DNA of 64,000 nucleotides from Podarcis muralis (lineage: Eukaryota): contig NC_135657.1 in NCBI RefSeq assembly GCF_964188315.1, positions 48,422,001 to 48,486,000 of the forward strand, in the 5' to 3' direction. This document shows positions 1 through 12,582 of the stretch, one piece after another. Position numbers and translations under genes: made by a program. Below the pieces are notes generated by a model that saw only the letters and a program-made list of their open reading frames with translations, was not told where the DNA came from and ran no database searches. Every line of letters starts with the position of its first letter. The first letter of the stretch is position 1.

Positions 1-1319
1 TGATGAATGCAGAAGACGTGAATGCCAAAAAACCCAAATTCTGTTTCTTTAGCTGGGGGGAACAAGGCAGGTACCAACAAGACCCAGAAGGCAGGCGGAG
101 CATGCATGGAATTCCAGTGTAAATACGCCAGCCAACAATGGGAAATGGCACAGACACACGACCTGCATGTGGCTCATTTACCTTTTTATCAGGAGAGGGA
201 GTATTTAAAATAGCCCTGTGTGTCTCTTCAAAGCAACCTTAAATTCCACAAGTTGAGGCTGTTCAGTAAAGAACCCCACCCATGTTTAAAACTTCCTTCC
301 CCTGTATGCAGCATATGCCTGCAGCTGCTACAGAGGCAGGGATAAAAACCACAGCTTGTTTACCATAAAACAAAGCCACGTGCCCTGGGTAAAAATTTAA
401 ATAACTATGGCACAGACTGCTTGAATTTCAAGCAACATCATATTCTATACACATTCCTTGCAAATAAGTTGTTTTGTTTTTTAAAACAGGAAGCTGATTT
501 TCCATTTAAGTTTATACAACCAATATATTAAGTATTGCAATGCTGATTCAGGAATAGTCTATGGTCACTTGACTAGAAGTCTCTTGCTGCTTCCTTTATA
601 CACCAGGCTGCTTACTGAAAAAAGGAAGGTCCTGTCATTATTTACAGAGAGGGCAGTGGCAGGGGGCTTTCCACCCAACTAGTGGAACAGAGAGCAATGT
701 GTAACACTCTGTAGTTGCTAAGCAGAATTGTTATTCCTAAAAGAAGGAGGGAGAGGGAAGAGCTTGTGACTCTCCTTAAAACTATGTCAATTCGCTGAGA
801 GCTATAGAGATACATTCCAAAATCCATATTATCTATAACTTTTATTGGGCTAATCAAAACATAACAAAATAGCATGCAAGCTCCTGGAATCTTTCTTATG
901 GGTCAACATGGGTAACTTTTCTTTTTATGGAGATATAGGCTTCGTGGCTAAATTAAGAACTGAGTGTTCAAATCCAAGCCTGTACTCTCTCTACAGGATT
1001 GTCCTTCTTTTCCTCCTTTGAATACTAAAGGCAAAGGCTTCAATGTAATTTCATTATTTATTCTTAATATTCTTATACCCGCTTTCTGTAAACCACCAGG
1101 GCAGTGTGCAACAGGTCAAAAACAATAAAAATAGCCAAACAACATGGAACCAACAATAAAGCTGCCTTTAAAACATTACAAGTAGTTACACTATTAAAAA
1201 TTAAATTAAAAAGTTGTGCCATTTCAAATTGCAGAGTAGGGAAAGACTGTTGCTCCGAGGGAAATGGAGCCTGAAAAACAATCAGTAACCACTAACCAGT
1301 GCTGAACTTTCAGTATCAG

Positions 1320-1960
1320 AGTACTATGTTCCTGATACTGTGCAGCCTAACCATCTGAAGCTTCTGGATGATCTCCAAGGGCAGCCCTGTATAGAACACA
1401 CTAAAGTAGTCTAAATGTGATAGGTCTAAGGGATGAATGTAACTGTGCAAATACAACCCAGGAATCCAGGGATAGCACAGGATAAAGAAGCACCTCTGAG
1501 CTAGGAAGCTGATCTTTCAGGGCGAGTGCAATCGTTCCCAGAACAAGCTGAATCCCAATTCCAAAGTCAGTCTTTCTACTGACCAACGGTATGACCATCT
1601 TGTCTGGATTAAATCTCAGCTTGTTCATTCTCTTCCAGCTCACTAAGAGATCTAGGCAAGGCTCAAGGATACCAGCTACTTCTTTGGCCATAGATGGCAA
1701 GGAGCTATAAAGTGGAGTATCATCAGCGTATTGATGACAAGTTAATCCAAAACTCCCAAGTGGTTTTGTATAGGTATTAAATAACACTGGAAGCAAGGCA
1801 GAACCCTGAGAGAAACTGCATGCCAAGGACTGCAGTCCCATAACAGAACCATTTTAATACAGGCCCCAAGGCCCAATCCAGCTAGGCGATCCAGAAATTT
1901 ACCATGGTGGATGGCATCAAAAGCCACCAAGAGGGTCCAGGAGAACTAAGAGGGATGCGC
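1320..1960 (-). mobile_element. Degenerate L2-clade LINE reverse-transcriptase fragment
   Basis: Frameshifted RT motifs AFDAIHHG..LDRL, LPVLFNTY, CHQYADDTPLY, W..NKLRFNPDK; limits approximate. Confidence 0.8.
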
Positions 1961-2500
1961 TCCGCCCCCCTCCAATTCCTATTGTAGGTTATCAGCCAAG
2001 GTGACCAAAGCAGTCTCAATCCCGTGTCCCAGTGATATGGTCTAGATAATCAGCATCATTTAGATCACTATACCATCGTTAAGAGGCTTATAAGGAGCTA
2101 GGCAAGCCAGGAAAATGAAGGGATCTGAATATTCCATGGCATCTCTAATTTGACAGCAAGCAGGAGGCAGCGTCAAGTTGATGGGGGGGGGGGGAAGCGC
2201 TTGAATGAGATCATGGCTGAGCAGACGAAAGGCAGTTATTTTGGGGTGGCAGTAAAGAGAAAAGCTGAAGGTTTAAATGTGGCAGGTCACATTGAATCTT
2301 TGGAATAGGGGCTTGGGCTTGAATCCTTGTCTATGTAACGAAAGAGTGCAAATAAACTAAGATAACTGAATGGCACCCTGCCCCTTAAATCTAATCTCCT
2401 CAATACCACTGAGTGAGAGTAAAGGTCAAAGAGAAAGCGATGTGCTGCTCATCTAGGGGTTACCACTGGTATTGCATTAGTAAATGAGTCATGTCTGTAC

Positions 2501-2593
2501 CTGCAAGTTTGCAAGCTGAGCAGCCGACTTCCCCTCGAGGCACAGAGTTTGAGCTAGAAATGCGTTCAAGTCTTCCAAGGAGAGGCTGTCAAC
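2501..2593 (-). CDS. FAM120B: FAM120B coding exon (VDSLSLEDLNAFLAQTLCLEGKSAAQLANLQ), absent from the ORF track
   Basis: ttcccccctag acceptor, GCAG|GTACAG donor, 93 nt phase 0 to 0; matches recalled human VDTLCLEDLHAFIAQALCLQGKSTSQLVNLQ. The next exon was not found in 1-2500. Confidence 0.93.
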
Positions 2594-4469
2594 CTAGGGG
2601 GGAAAGCTTAGCTCAGAGCTATGTAAAAAGTTCATACCTTCCCCCATTACCTAAATTCCTTGCTACAGGAATGCCAGCCTTGCACCATGGCCTTATTCAT
2701 CTGCAGTTCTTTGAAACACCATTTGCAATTTGCTTTCGCAACTTCAGCTCCTCTGCACGACTTCCACCAACTTCACCACCCTGCGCTCAAGGATCAGTTT
2801 AAAGGTTCCCTCTCTCCCGTCTTCTTTGATGATTTTATAATGAACCACAGAGACATTCACACTTCCCATTGGCCTTCCGTAACGCTGCGCCTTTTCTCCT
2901 ATTCCTACATTTGAGAAAAGACAGGATTTGCGCTTAAGTTGGGAAAACTTACTTGGGTGCAATTAACAAACCACTTGCTGTGTCTTTGCCAATTATAAAG
3001 CATGGAATCATAGAAGCATTGAACTGCAGAGTTGGAAAGGGTCCATAGGGTCATCTAGTCCAACCCCCTGCAAAGCAGGAATCACCTCTTACAGGCTTTT
3101 AAGGGGGTTTCTGAGTTTGACTTGAAGCTTTTTTTGGTGGTTTCTGGGAATTCGCAGACAGATGGCATGCTTATGCTATAATAATTTGCTTCAAGCATTT
3201 TAGGTGCAATCCATCAAATACTACTTTTGAACAACTGTACAACTACTATACAAAGGACTGCTTCTTTGCTCTGTTAATCAGTACAGTTATTTCATGCAAT
3301 GCCGCACTGAAGCTTGAGGGGAAAGGGGTTTACCTTTTTCTTAATAACTTCCTTAATGTTTTGATTAAATTAATAGAAACATGGATAGAAAGCCGATGAA
3401 ATTTAAGCAATCGGATCTGAATGAGAGGGACAAAGGAAGGAACAAAAGCTCATGTGACAGCAATTTCCTTTAGTTGCCTCTTCGCTGCAGGCTACGGGGA
3501 TTTATACCGTTGGGAAACTGCTTTGATGGATATCTGTGTCTATTTTAAAGTTAGTTTTGAATTATTACTATAAAAACGACTTCTAAAGGCGAGTCAGGCC
3601 TTGTACGTAAGGACCCACCCTGAAAGATGGGAAGAATCAGTGCCTCTGAGCATGTAAAGGGTACATTCTTTCCCCACTGAGTTATTACACACAGAGAGCA
3701 ATCAGTGATTAAGGAAAAGGATTTCCAGATAACAAAGTGTGCCTCCATTCGGAGAGTTCCTCGCATCTCTTTTCCTAGGAATTAAGTAGTGCTGTGCTGG
3801 ACTTTCCCAGGAAGAATGGCCGAGAGCTTAAAAGCTCTTTTCGCGCCACGTCCACTTGGGGTTTCAAGCTTCAATCCCACCTCTGAGCTTTCCCCTCCCC
3901 AGTCCTCATTCAACCACATAGGGTTGAAATTGCGTAGGTTAAATGTGTGTAAGATGTGGGTTTACTGTACTTCAGTAATTTTCAAATAGCAGCCTCTGTT
4001 CACACTGCAGGTCAAGCTGCTTTGGAAACCCAGGGAAGTTTAACCTTAAGTAGCTTTCTGGATTGTCATCACTATCTTCCAGAAAGACAAAGATTTGCTC
4101 TTTTTTTGTTACGAAAGCTCAATCTATTTCCATGGCAGTTTGACCATTAGAATGACTTCCTAGAGAAGAACTTCATCATCGTCAGTTAAATCAATCTCGC
4201 AAAGGCCTTGGGAACCGTCTCTCTCCCTCCCACCCCCCAAAAAAAATCAATCTCGCAACATATTTGTCCTAATCTATAGATAGCCAAAGCCTTGCAATGT
4301 TGTGGACTACAATTTGCATCAGCCCCTACATGAATGGCCAGTGGTTAGCAATGTTGCGTATTGTGGTCCACACATCACAAGGATACCGTGTTGGCTACCC
4401 CTTTACTAATCCGTATAGATCTGCTGCAGGCAGAAGTAAGGGAAGTCACAAAAGTAGGATTATCTTTAC

Positions 4470-4642
4470 TTGTAGGAAGAGGTACAGTAACAAGCAGCAG
4501 ACAACAGCAACAGAAGCTTCCAGAGCCAGGATCTCCTCTGCTATTTCTTGCAGTTGAAAGCATGCCAGAAATGTCCAATGGCGTAGCTTTTCAGTCTCGG
4601 GTCCGCTGCTGAGCCACAGGGATCTCAAACTAGGAGTGCCAC
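4470..4642 (-). CDS. FAM120B: FAM120B coding exon (GGTPSLRSLWL...TFLACFQL...CCLLLYLFLQ)
   Basis: ttttctag acceptor, CAA|GTAAAG donor, 173 nt phase 1 to 0; matches recalled human GGTPSLKILWL...CCLLIYLFVQ. Confidence 0.93.
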
Positions 4643-7600
4643 CTAGAAAAGAAAGCCACTATTTCAAACACTGCAGAAGAAAGCTGTAACTAAGTTTTAA
4701 CAGGAATTACTCACCTTTTTGAGATTATTATTATTATAATTAGTTAAATTCCTTTATCCAAAGATCATAGCCTGGTTTACAATATAAAAACACAAAAATA
4801 TGCACCATAAATAACAAACAAAAACAATGCTCCCCTCGGCTATAATGCAAATATTAATGACTTATACCTAGAATCAAGATTTACGACACATAAAAGATAT
4901 TGCCACTCTGACTCCGACAGCTGCCCTGGATCTCTATAAGATTTCATAGAGGGGGAAATTGCATCTTGCAGTTGTACAGGATTACAGGGCTGAAAAATCT
5001 GTGCTATTTATACAATGGATTTGTTTGCACACGTGAAAAACTTCACTCAGCTGCAAGTTTAACAAAGATAGATGTATAGCAACGATGATATGATCCTTTC
5101 ACTTCCCTTTTCTTGAATATTTTAGGCTCCTACAACCCGAGCACCAAACAGTGCGCAAGCACTCCCAAAAGGACCCATTTAAATGTCTCCACTCCAGCAT
5201 GTCACCTCTGTGTTTGGTGTGCTGCTGTTATTCAAACCATGCTGCAACCTGGAAGGCCTGTCTCTTGAAATGAAAACTTGTTTGTGCATCATGTTAACAG
5301 TGAAGGACAACAGGGTTTATTATTTTATTCCCTGGCAAGAATGAAAGCATGCAAAGTCATAATGCATCCATGTCTACTTGTCTTATATCTTATTGCCAGT
5401 GACCAAAAACTTGATTGCTATTGCATTACTTTTCCTCAACTATCAAAGTGAGTTATATAAAGTATGAAATACAAATACAATGTTTAGAAAGCTGTATTTA
5501 GATAAATTACTGCCATAAAACTATTTCCCCAGCCTTTCAGACAGACAAAGGTGTCAGTTTTAAGATGAGTTAAGATGGTAACACATCTGCCTTTCCTTTT
5601 TATTTACAAACAGGAGTTGCATTCCTTTGGGTGAACCACTTGGCCACTATAAATGACTATAGTGTTGAAGTGTCAAACAGGGCGTGAAATAAATGTTTGT
5701 TTATTTGGCCAACAAAACTCACTAACCAAATGGTGCTTTTGCCCAGGGAGACAAAACAGAAAATAAATATTTTGTCCATCACCCTCATGTTGGTTTTCTT
5801 TCATATATTCTCAGTGTTAAATTTCTGAAGAATGGCTTCTCAAATTTGGAGAAAATTGGTGCTTGAGCAATACCACTGAATACAATTTTCTAGAAGCGTT
5901 TCAATTGCCCACAAATTGAGTAGTCTGCTAGTTCAATGTCCCACTTTATATATATATATATATTTATATATACTGCCATATTTCCAGGATACCCCAAAAA
6001 TTGATGAGCTTTTTTTATGAAACCCCCAAGATTGTTGAGCTTTATTTAGGAAATCCTGTAAGCTGTTGACCTTATTTTAGACAACCTCCCTTAGACTTGA
6101 ATGAGAAAAATAATGAAAGTGCAATGAGTTCAATGGGTGTAATCTGCATAGCTTATCTGGATATTACTCACACCAGGGGAAAACTGAAAAGAGCGCCATA
6201 AAGACTCAGTGTGATAAACTTCCATTGAAATGAGTAAAGCCAGCAATCATTTAATGTTTTATAATACAATCCTAAGCATGTTTACTCCAAACTCTTAATA
6301 AGCTTGGTGGAGCTTACTTCCTAGTGAATATGGTAAGAACTTACTTCCAATAAAACATACAAAGGATTGCCCTAAATATAAACAAAAGTTGATGTAAATA
6401 TGCCTGTTCCCAGTAAAGCCCCAATACATCCTTTACAGTTCTGCAACAGTGATGTTCTCTAAACCTGCAATCCATGCGTGCAGAGAGCAGAATTTTTATG
6501 GAAGCTCTTCCCCTTCAGCCCACTGTGCCTGAAGCATGGCTACCACGGTTGGGACCTCTAGATGAGTGGACTTCCGATCCTCTATTGTGAAGATCTACAA
6601 ACAGTTCTTTAACATGGAGAGTGAATTGCCAGATATCTCAGAGCACACAAATAATGTAGTGGCTTTCGCAACATGGCAACAGCATGAAGGGAGACGGTGC
6701 TCCAAAACATGTGTTTTATTCTCATGGGCAGGCAATGAGAAAGAGGTGGGGTGGGGGACAGCCTATAGACCACCACCCTGTCAACACAACTAATCCATTT
6801 GAAGGCAGTCTAAGCACTCCTGCATCTCTCAAAAATACTATTCTTCAATCGTCCTTGACTAGGTTTTAACCTTCAAGTATAAGTTACCAACACCTACACA
6901 GATCCAAATGAAAACATACTTGGATCTTTTTGGAGAAAATTCACACATTTATAAAAGATCTGAAAAGGTAAACAGAGTAAAAACTGTGACAGTATTGAAT
7001 TATTCATTTCAATCATGCAAGATTTCATACCTATCTTTATTTTCCTTAAAAAAGAAATGTAGATGAAATACATAGGTGAACATTTATATGTTCCAAAAAT
7101 ACTCTTTAAACAAGTAAACAGAATGTGACATTTGTTTTTACTAGCCTGACTTTGCATTTCAGTCAATAACCTCCTACCAAAGCATTTTTAGATTTGAAAG
7201 TGACACACTGCCAACCTCCTTATTTGGTGAGCTACAGATTGATGCTGCAGATAAAACCGACATGAGAGAATTCAAGGCATACAAATATGGACAGCTGTTT
7301 TTTTTAGAAAAACATTTGTTTTGGAACAGACTACTGAAAATAAACTTTGTAAGTTCTCCCCTTCCTTACTAGTCTGCACTGAAATAAAACAGCTTTTCAT
7401 TACTGAATTGCTAGCAAATATGGTGCTATTACAAAGTCTTGCTTCCCGGACATTTTTGGCTGAAATTTCTCATACTTAAACTCAGCCCAAATAATCCTTT
7501 TTACAAGCAAGTTTAGAGAGTGATGGATTGATGTCACTGCCTCTGCCCAAGAAGGAAACTCCTCCATCTTATGAGATGCAAAATTCTGTCTCCCAACTCT

Positions 7601-8826
7601 ACGTCTGTACTGCTGGCAAGCGAGAAAAATGAGATGGAACCACTCTACACTTTCACCATGCCTGACCCCACTCAAAATTCAGTAGAGATACTTGATGACT
7701 GCACAGCTAACAGTACACACCTGAGGATCAGGTGACACACAGGTTCTTCAGCATTTGTACCTATCTAACATGTAACTAACCCAACAACATGCTAGCGCAG
7801 TGCAGACACAGGCACAGTTCTTCTGTCTCAGCCACATTATTCAGCTAGAGCAGACTTTGGCACTGGGGTGCATTCACATCCTGCGTAGATTATTTTCCTA
7901 GTGGTTATTTTGCTTCTTTCTCATCTGCACCATGTAATCACTCCTCATATTTCCCTTCCCACCTCTTTGCAGGAATGCAATCAATGAATGAAGAAGTATG
8001 AAGCTCACTCACTCTTGTTAAGAATGTGCCTGTCTATGCTGTCTTTTTCTATATTCCTTAACGTAGCATAGGAGGCTGCCTTATACCAAATCAATCATTC
8101 ATTTGTTTTATTTGTATGCTGCTTTTCCACATACAAAAATAATGCTGAAAATGGCATGCAGCAAAGGAAACGTGATGCATTTCAACCATACACCACAAAA
8201 GCAATAGCATATATAATAACATACTCCAAAACCACATTCCAATACTATAAATTTAATAATTTAAGAAGGCAATTTAACAACCTGCAGCATCCAACAGCAA
8301 AACTAACCATTGATCCATCTAGCTCAGTATTATCAATGCTGACTGTTATTTGTTTTCCAGGGCCTTTCCCAGCCTGGAGATGTCAGGGATTGAACTTTCC
8401 ACAGACAAAGCATTTGCTCTACATTACAGTCCTTTCCCAATGACTTGGGGTGGTATTAAACAAAGTTTTACTCACAGTGGATTCTGTCTGGGTCTTTTTT
8501 CACATTTTCTCTGGAAATTGTGTCGGCTGCCATTTTTAAATTTTATTGCAGTGCTGTATTTCTGTATTTTAACCCACTGAATTCTCATGGTTGATGCTTG
8601 TTGTTTTTAGATGTCAAAAGCCTCCCTGAGGGCCTATCAAGCCGTTCTGGCAAGCTACATGTTTCTGAAATAAATGCATTTATGTAGGGTGGCTTTATCA
8701 AAGCTGTCTGGCTCTCTGAAACAAAATCATCTTAAATATCATTTAAATCCACACTGCATATATTTGAAAGCAAAGTATTGTGTATTTAGTTATCAGTTTT
8801 CAATACAAAAAGAAATTTCATTCTAC

Positions 8827-8922
8827 CTGGGAGTTCCTTGGGTTGTACCAAGTCTGGTTGTTTCAGAGAATTCCCAGCATACACAAACCACTCCTTTACT
8901 ACAGGGTAGGTTCCATTGACAT
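8827..8922 (-). CDS. FAM120B: FAM120B coding exon (DVNGTYPVVKEWFVYAGNSLKQPDLVQPKELP)
   Basis: ttccttag acceptor, CCAG|GTAGAA donor, 96 nt phase 1 to 1; matches recalled human AVKEWFVYPGNPLRHPDLV. Confidence 0.94.
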
Positions 8923-9403
8923 CTAAGGAAAAGAGAATTGGATCAATGAACCAATAAGAGAACTGACATTTTCCAATTGGAAGCATTTACTCTTTAAACA
9001 CACAAAAATATAGATAAAGGCTGCAATCCCATATCCAAGGAACCACTGTATTTAATACCCAAATTCTATACGTTGCATAGCTGTGATACGACAAGACAGA
9101 CAGAAGTAGGCACTGACTTACCTACCTCGGCAAGCCATGTAAGCTATTGTGACAGTGTTGAATAAAAGTTGCAATCCCATGCTAGTTTACTACCATGTTT
9201 TGAATGTGGATGTTTGAACCAAGTTTCATGGTAGCTTTGAAGCCTTTAGGTTAGCATATTGTTAAATTGCCCCAGTTCTGCTTTCCCTGCTTGCTCCCAT
9301 ATTTTGCACATTTTGTCAATTTGTCCACAAACAAATGAAATCTTCAAGACTCTCATATTTCTCCATGAGACAATTTTTTTGCAGGGAAGTCCCTCTGATA
9401 TAG

Positions 9404-9628
9404 CAAGGGTGGAGAACCTCTGGCCCACAGACCAAACATGGCCCTCCAGGCCTCTCCATTTGGCCCACAATCCTGTTTTCAGGAAGCCCCAACCACCTGT
9501 CCCACACCTGGCATCACTATGTCAAGTGATTGACAGGTGGGTGGCCCTGCTCACCTGCCAACTTTGGCTTGGCAGAGGTGGAGGAGATAAAGATCTGGCT
9601 CTCTGGCAAGGAAAGGTTCCTCACCCTG
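9404..9628. mobile_element. hAT-Charlie-type MITE
   Basis: CAAGGGTGGAGAACCT / AGGTTCCTCACCCTG ends; degenerate TSD tgatatag / agatacag. Relatives near 44849-45168 and 54667-54805. Confidence 0.7.
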
Positions 9629-9752
9629 AGATACAGAACTGTCTACCCTAGCAGGATCAGGCCAACCACAGTGGTCAGGCAGATGCAACAATATACTGTT
9701 GAGTCTATATCTGTACGGGAACTATCCTTCCCTGTTTTTATATTTGAAATTC

Positions 9753-9994
9753 CAGTGGTACCTCGGGTTAAGTACTTAATTCGTTCTTGAGGTCCGTTCT
9801 TAACCTGAAACTGTTCTTAACCTGAAGCACCATTTTAACTAATGGGGCCTGCCGCGGCTGCCGTGCCGCCGGAACACGATTTCTGTTCTCTTCCTGAAGC
9901 AAAGTTCTTAACCCAAGGTACTATTTCTGGGTTAGCGGAGTCTGTAATCTGAAGCGTATGCAACCTGAAGCGTACGTAACCCGAGGTACCACTG
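9753..9994. mobile_element. Tc1/mariner MITE
   Basis: Perfect 18-bp TIR CAGTGGTACCTCGGGTTA / TAACCCGAGGTACCACTG; TA at the right end. Confidence 0.88.
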
Positions 9995-10700
9995 TATTTT
10001 CAAATGTTTACATTGTTTTACATATGGAATTGTTTAAGCTGCTATATATATATATTGCAAGCTTTAAGTAAAAATAAATGGTTTGAATATTCTAAATTCT
10101 GTTTCTGTGTTGACTGGCCAATGACCTTACAGTTCAGCCTGAATAACTGGTTTTTATTTTTTTTTAAAGGAGGTAACACTTTGGGGTCAATCCTCCAACC
10201 TAACTCACAATAGTTATTTCAACCCCTGAAGAAAACATCGCATTTTTTTCCAAACAACACAAACTTTCTGTGGTGTTTTTTAAAAAAACCTACAAAGCTA
10301 GTCTAAACATAACCGTTTTGCTCTGCTTTCTGATCATTAACAGCTTTCATGACTGTTTTATTACCACACTTGTGGGAGGAACTAATCACCTTAAAAGGTT
10401 CAAAATGCACCAACATGTAAGTACACCCTGTTCTTATTCTTATTATTTCTAATGGCCTTCTCCTTACTAATTGCATGTAGAATGCCTACAGCATCAAGGC
10501 CTAAATTTCATACAGATGTGAGCCCCTCAAAAATGGATGTGGAGATTTCACATTTCAACAAAATGTTTTGAGAAGCCTGTGAATAAAAATATGACCCAGC
10601 TCACAATCTGGTGCCCTTCATACGTTTTGGACTAGAATTCCTTTCAGCCCTATCCAGTAGGACCAGTTACATTGCACTGAAATTCCAGCACAGCGTTTAC

Positions 10701-10878
10701 CTTTTGCAGACTCCAGCAGAAGAGAATAGATATGCTGACGGGCAAGGAGAAAGATAAGTGCCTGTCCGGGAAGCTCTGTATCATCTTCATCTTCCAAAGT
10801 GTTGCTGCATTCATCCTCTCCGCTGCACATGAAAGCGTACGCACGACTTTCAGCTCTCACAAATTTTTCTTTAGCTAT
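10701..10878 (-). CDS. FAM120B: FAM120B coding exon (IAKEKFVRAES...CSGEDECSNTLEDE...RQHIYSLLLESAK)
   Basis: gaacag acceptor, AAAG|GTAAAC donor, 178 nt phase 0 to 1; matches recalled human SSGEIECSNTLEDE...RQRVYSLLL. Confidence 0.94.
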
Positions 10879-11065
10879 CTGTTCACAAGAGAACCGGATA
10901 TATTATTTGCTTTCACTGCTGTCACTTGGTATTTGTGATTCTTTTCTGTTTTACAGCAGTAGGATGCCACAGAAGATTTAGCACAAGAGAAGGGCAAATG
11001 AGCTCCTCTCCAAAAAACAAGTGTCTTGAGGTAATAAAGCAAATGATACTAATACAATATGCATG

Positions 11066-11067
<2 letters not shown>

Positions 11068-11110
<43 letters not shown>

Positions 11111-11474
11111 TTATTTGTACCCCGCCCATCTGGCTGGGTTTCCCCAGCCACTCTGGGCGGCTTCCAACAAAGATGAAAGATACACTAAAATGTCACATAT
11201 TAAAAACTTCCCTGAACAGGGCTGCCTTCAGATGTCTTCTGAATGTCAGGTAGATGTTTATCGCTTTGACATCTGATGGGAGGGCGTTCCACAGGGCGGG
11301 CGCCACTACCGAGAAGGCCCTCTGCCTTGTTCCCTTTAACTTGGCCTCTTGCAGTGAGGGAACCGCCAGAAGGCCCTCGGAGCTGGACCTCAGTGTCCGG
11401 GCAGAATGATGGGGGAGGAGACGCTCCTTCAGATATACTGGACCGAGGCCGTTTAGGGCTTTAAAGGTCAGCAC
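11068..11474 (-). mobile_element. 5'-truncated L2 LINE 3' end with (TAA)n tail in FAM120B intron
   Basis: ORF2 C-terminus FKALNGLGPVYL...RTLRS...RAFSVVAPALWNALP...FRRHLKAALF intact; AAT microsatellite tail. Confidence 0.88.
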
Positions 11475-11562
11475 CTTTAATGTATCACACACGTGTGCCT
11501 AAGTCCAAGGTACAACAGGGCATTCATAAGTATACAAAAAGAAACTTCAAGAGCTTAATTAC

Positions 11563-12582
11563 CTGCAGAATCTCCTGATCTAAACACAGGGGCACTTCTT
11601 GTTCGACTGATGCCACTGAGCGATGTGAGAAGTCACAAGGAAGCCATGGAGACTGCTGCCCAGGCAGGAGATAAGACTCTATCCCACTGCAAAGTAGGGA
11701 TTTGTCTGATTCCAAAGGCAACGTTTCTGCTAAAGCTATCAAACTACCATATGAACGCGAAATAGATGAAATATAGTTTGCCACGGCTAGAATCATGCTA
11801 CTCCTTTGATTAGAGCCCTGGCTTTTTGCACAGTATGAAGCGAGGCATTGATTCCGAAAACGTCCCATAACCTTTTCTGGTACTATGTCTGTGCCAAGGA
11901 TGCAAGCAAGAAGGGGGAGATCTGTTGGATGGAGGCCCAACCTGCTGCAGAGATTCTGCCTTGAGAACATCACTGTATCTAGCCTGTGGAAGTGGAGCTC
12001 TTTGACGGAAAAATAGGGAGCAGTGTCAAAAATCAGATAGTCTGTGTCATCTGCAAGAATCCCCATGCAGTTGTTATGCAGTGCATAAGATGCCACTTCA
12101 TAGTCTGCCTCTCGCAGTGAACATATTGTCTCTTGACCAAGGGTCCTCAAGGCGGAGCGTGTAAAAGTAGCCAACCCAGATGGAATAAAGAACATTTCTC
12201 TCCCGGGCTGCTGCTTATAGGTCTTGATGAACCGAAAGATCTTGGCTATTTCTTTGCCATTATCCAATCTCCGCCTAACCCATACACTTCGCTTTTTCGG
12301 CTCCACCAAACCATCAAAGTAAAACACAAGTTTGATACCAGCTGCTGTAAAGGTGTTTATGAAACAATCCAGTACAGAAAGATATTCGCGCCACTGGCCA
12401 CCACAAACCCACGATTTTGCTGTGTACCACTTTTTAATACAACACATGGCATCTACCACAAGGACAGGAGTAGACCCAGGATACTTGCTGCGGTGCTCTT
12501 CTGCCACTACTTTCAGGTTTACCGCTGTACATGCACCCGGACAGTCATTGGTCACAAACGAATACAAGCCTTTAACGCCCAT
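11563..12582 (-). CDS. FAM120B: FAM120B (SAN1/CCPG) first coding exon, 340 codons, PIN/FEN1-like nuclease domain
   Basis: Translation MGVKGLYSFVTNDCPGAC...VVDAMCC...GGQWREY...FYFDG...EADYEVA...DDTDY...LGTD...PGQQSPW closely matches recalled human FAM120B. Acceptor tttctttag at 12620-12621 (exon starts 12619, 37 nt of 5'UTR); donor CTGCAG|GTAATT at 11562; 1020 nt, phase 0. Confidence 0.96.

Noticed and set aside
2131-2142. Minus-strand MPWN peptide resembling the next FAM120B exon
   Set aside because: Flanks do not match the expected FMPWNVFDGKLF context and a stop follows shortly.
10926-11276. ORF with a poly-Ile run
   Set aside because: Translation of the (TAA)n L2 tail.
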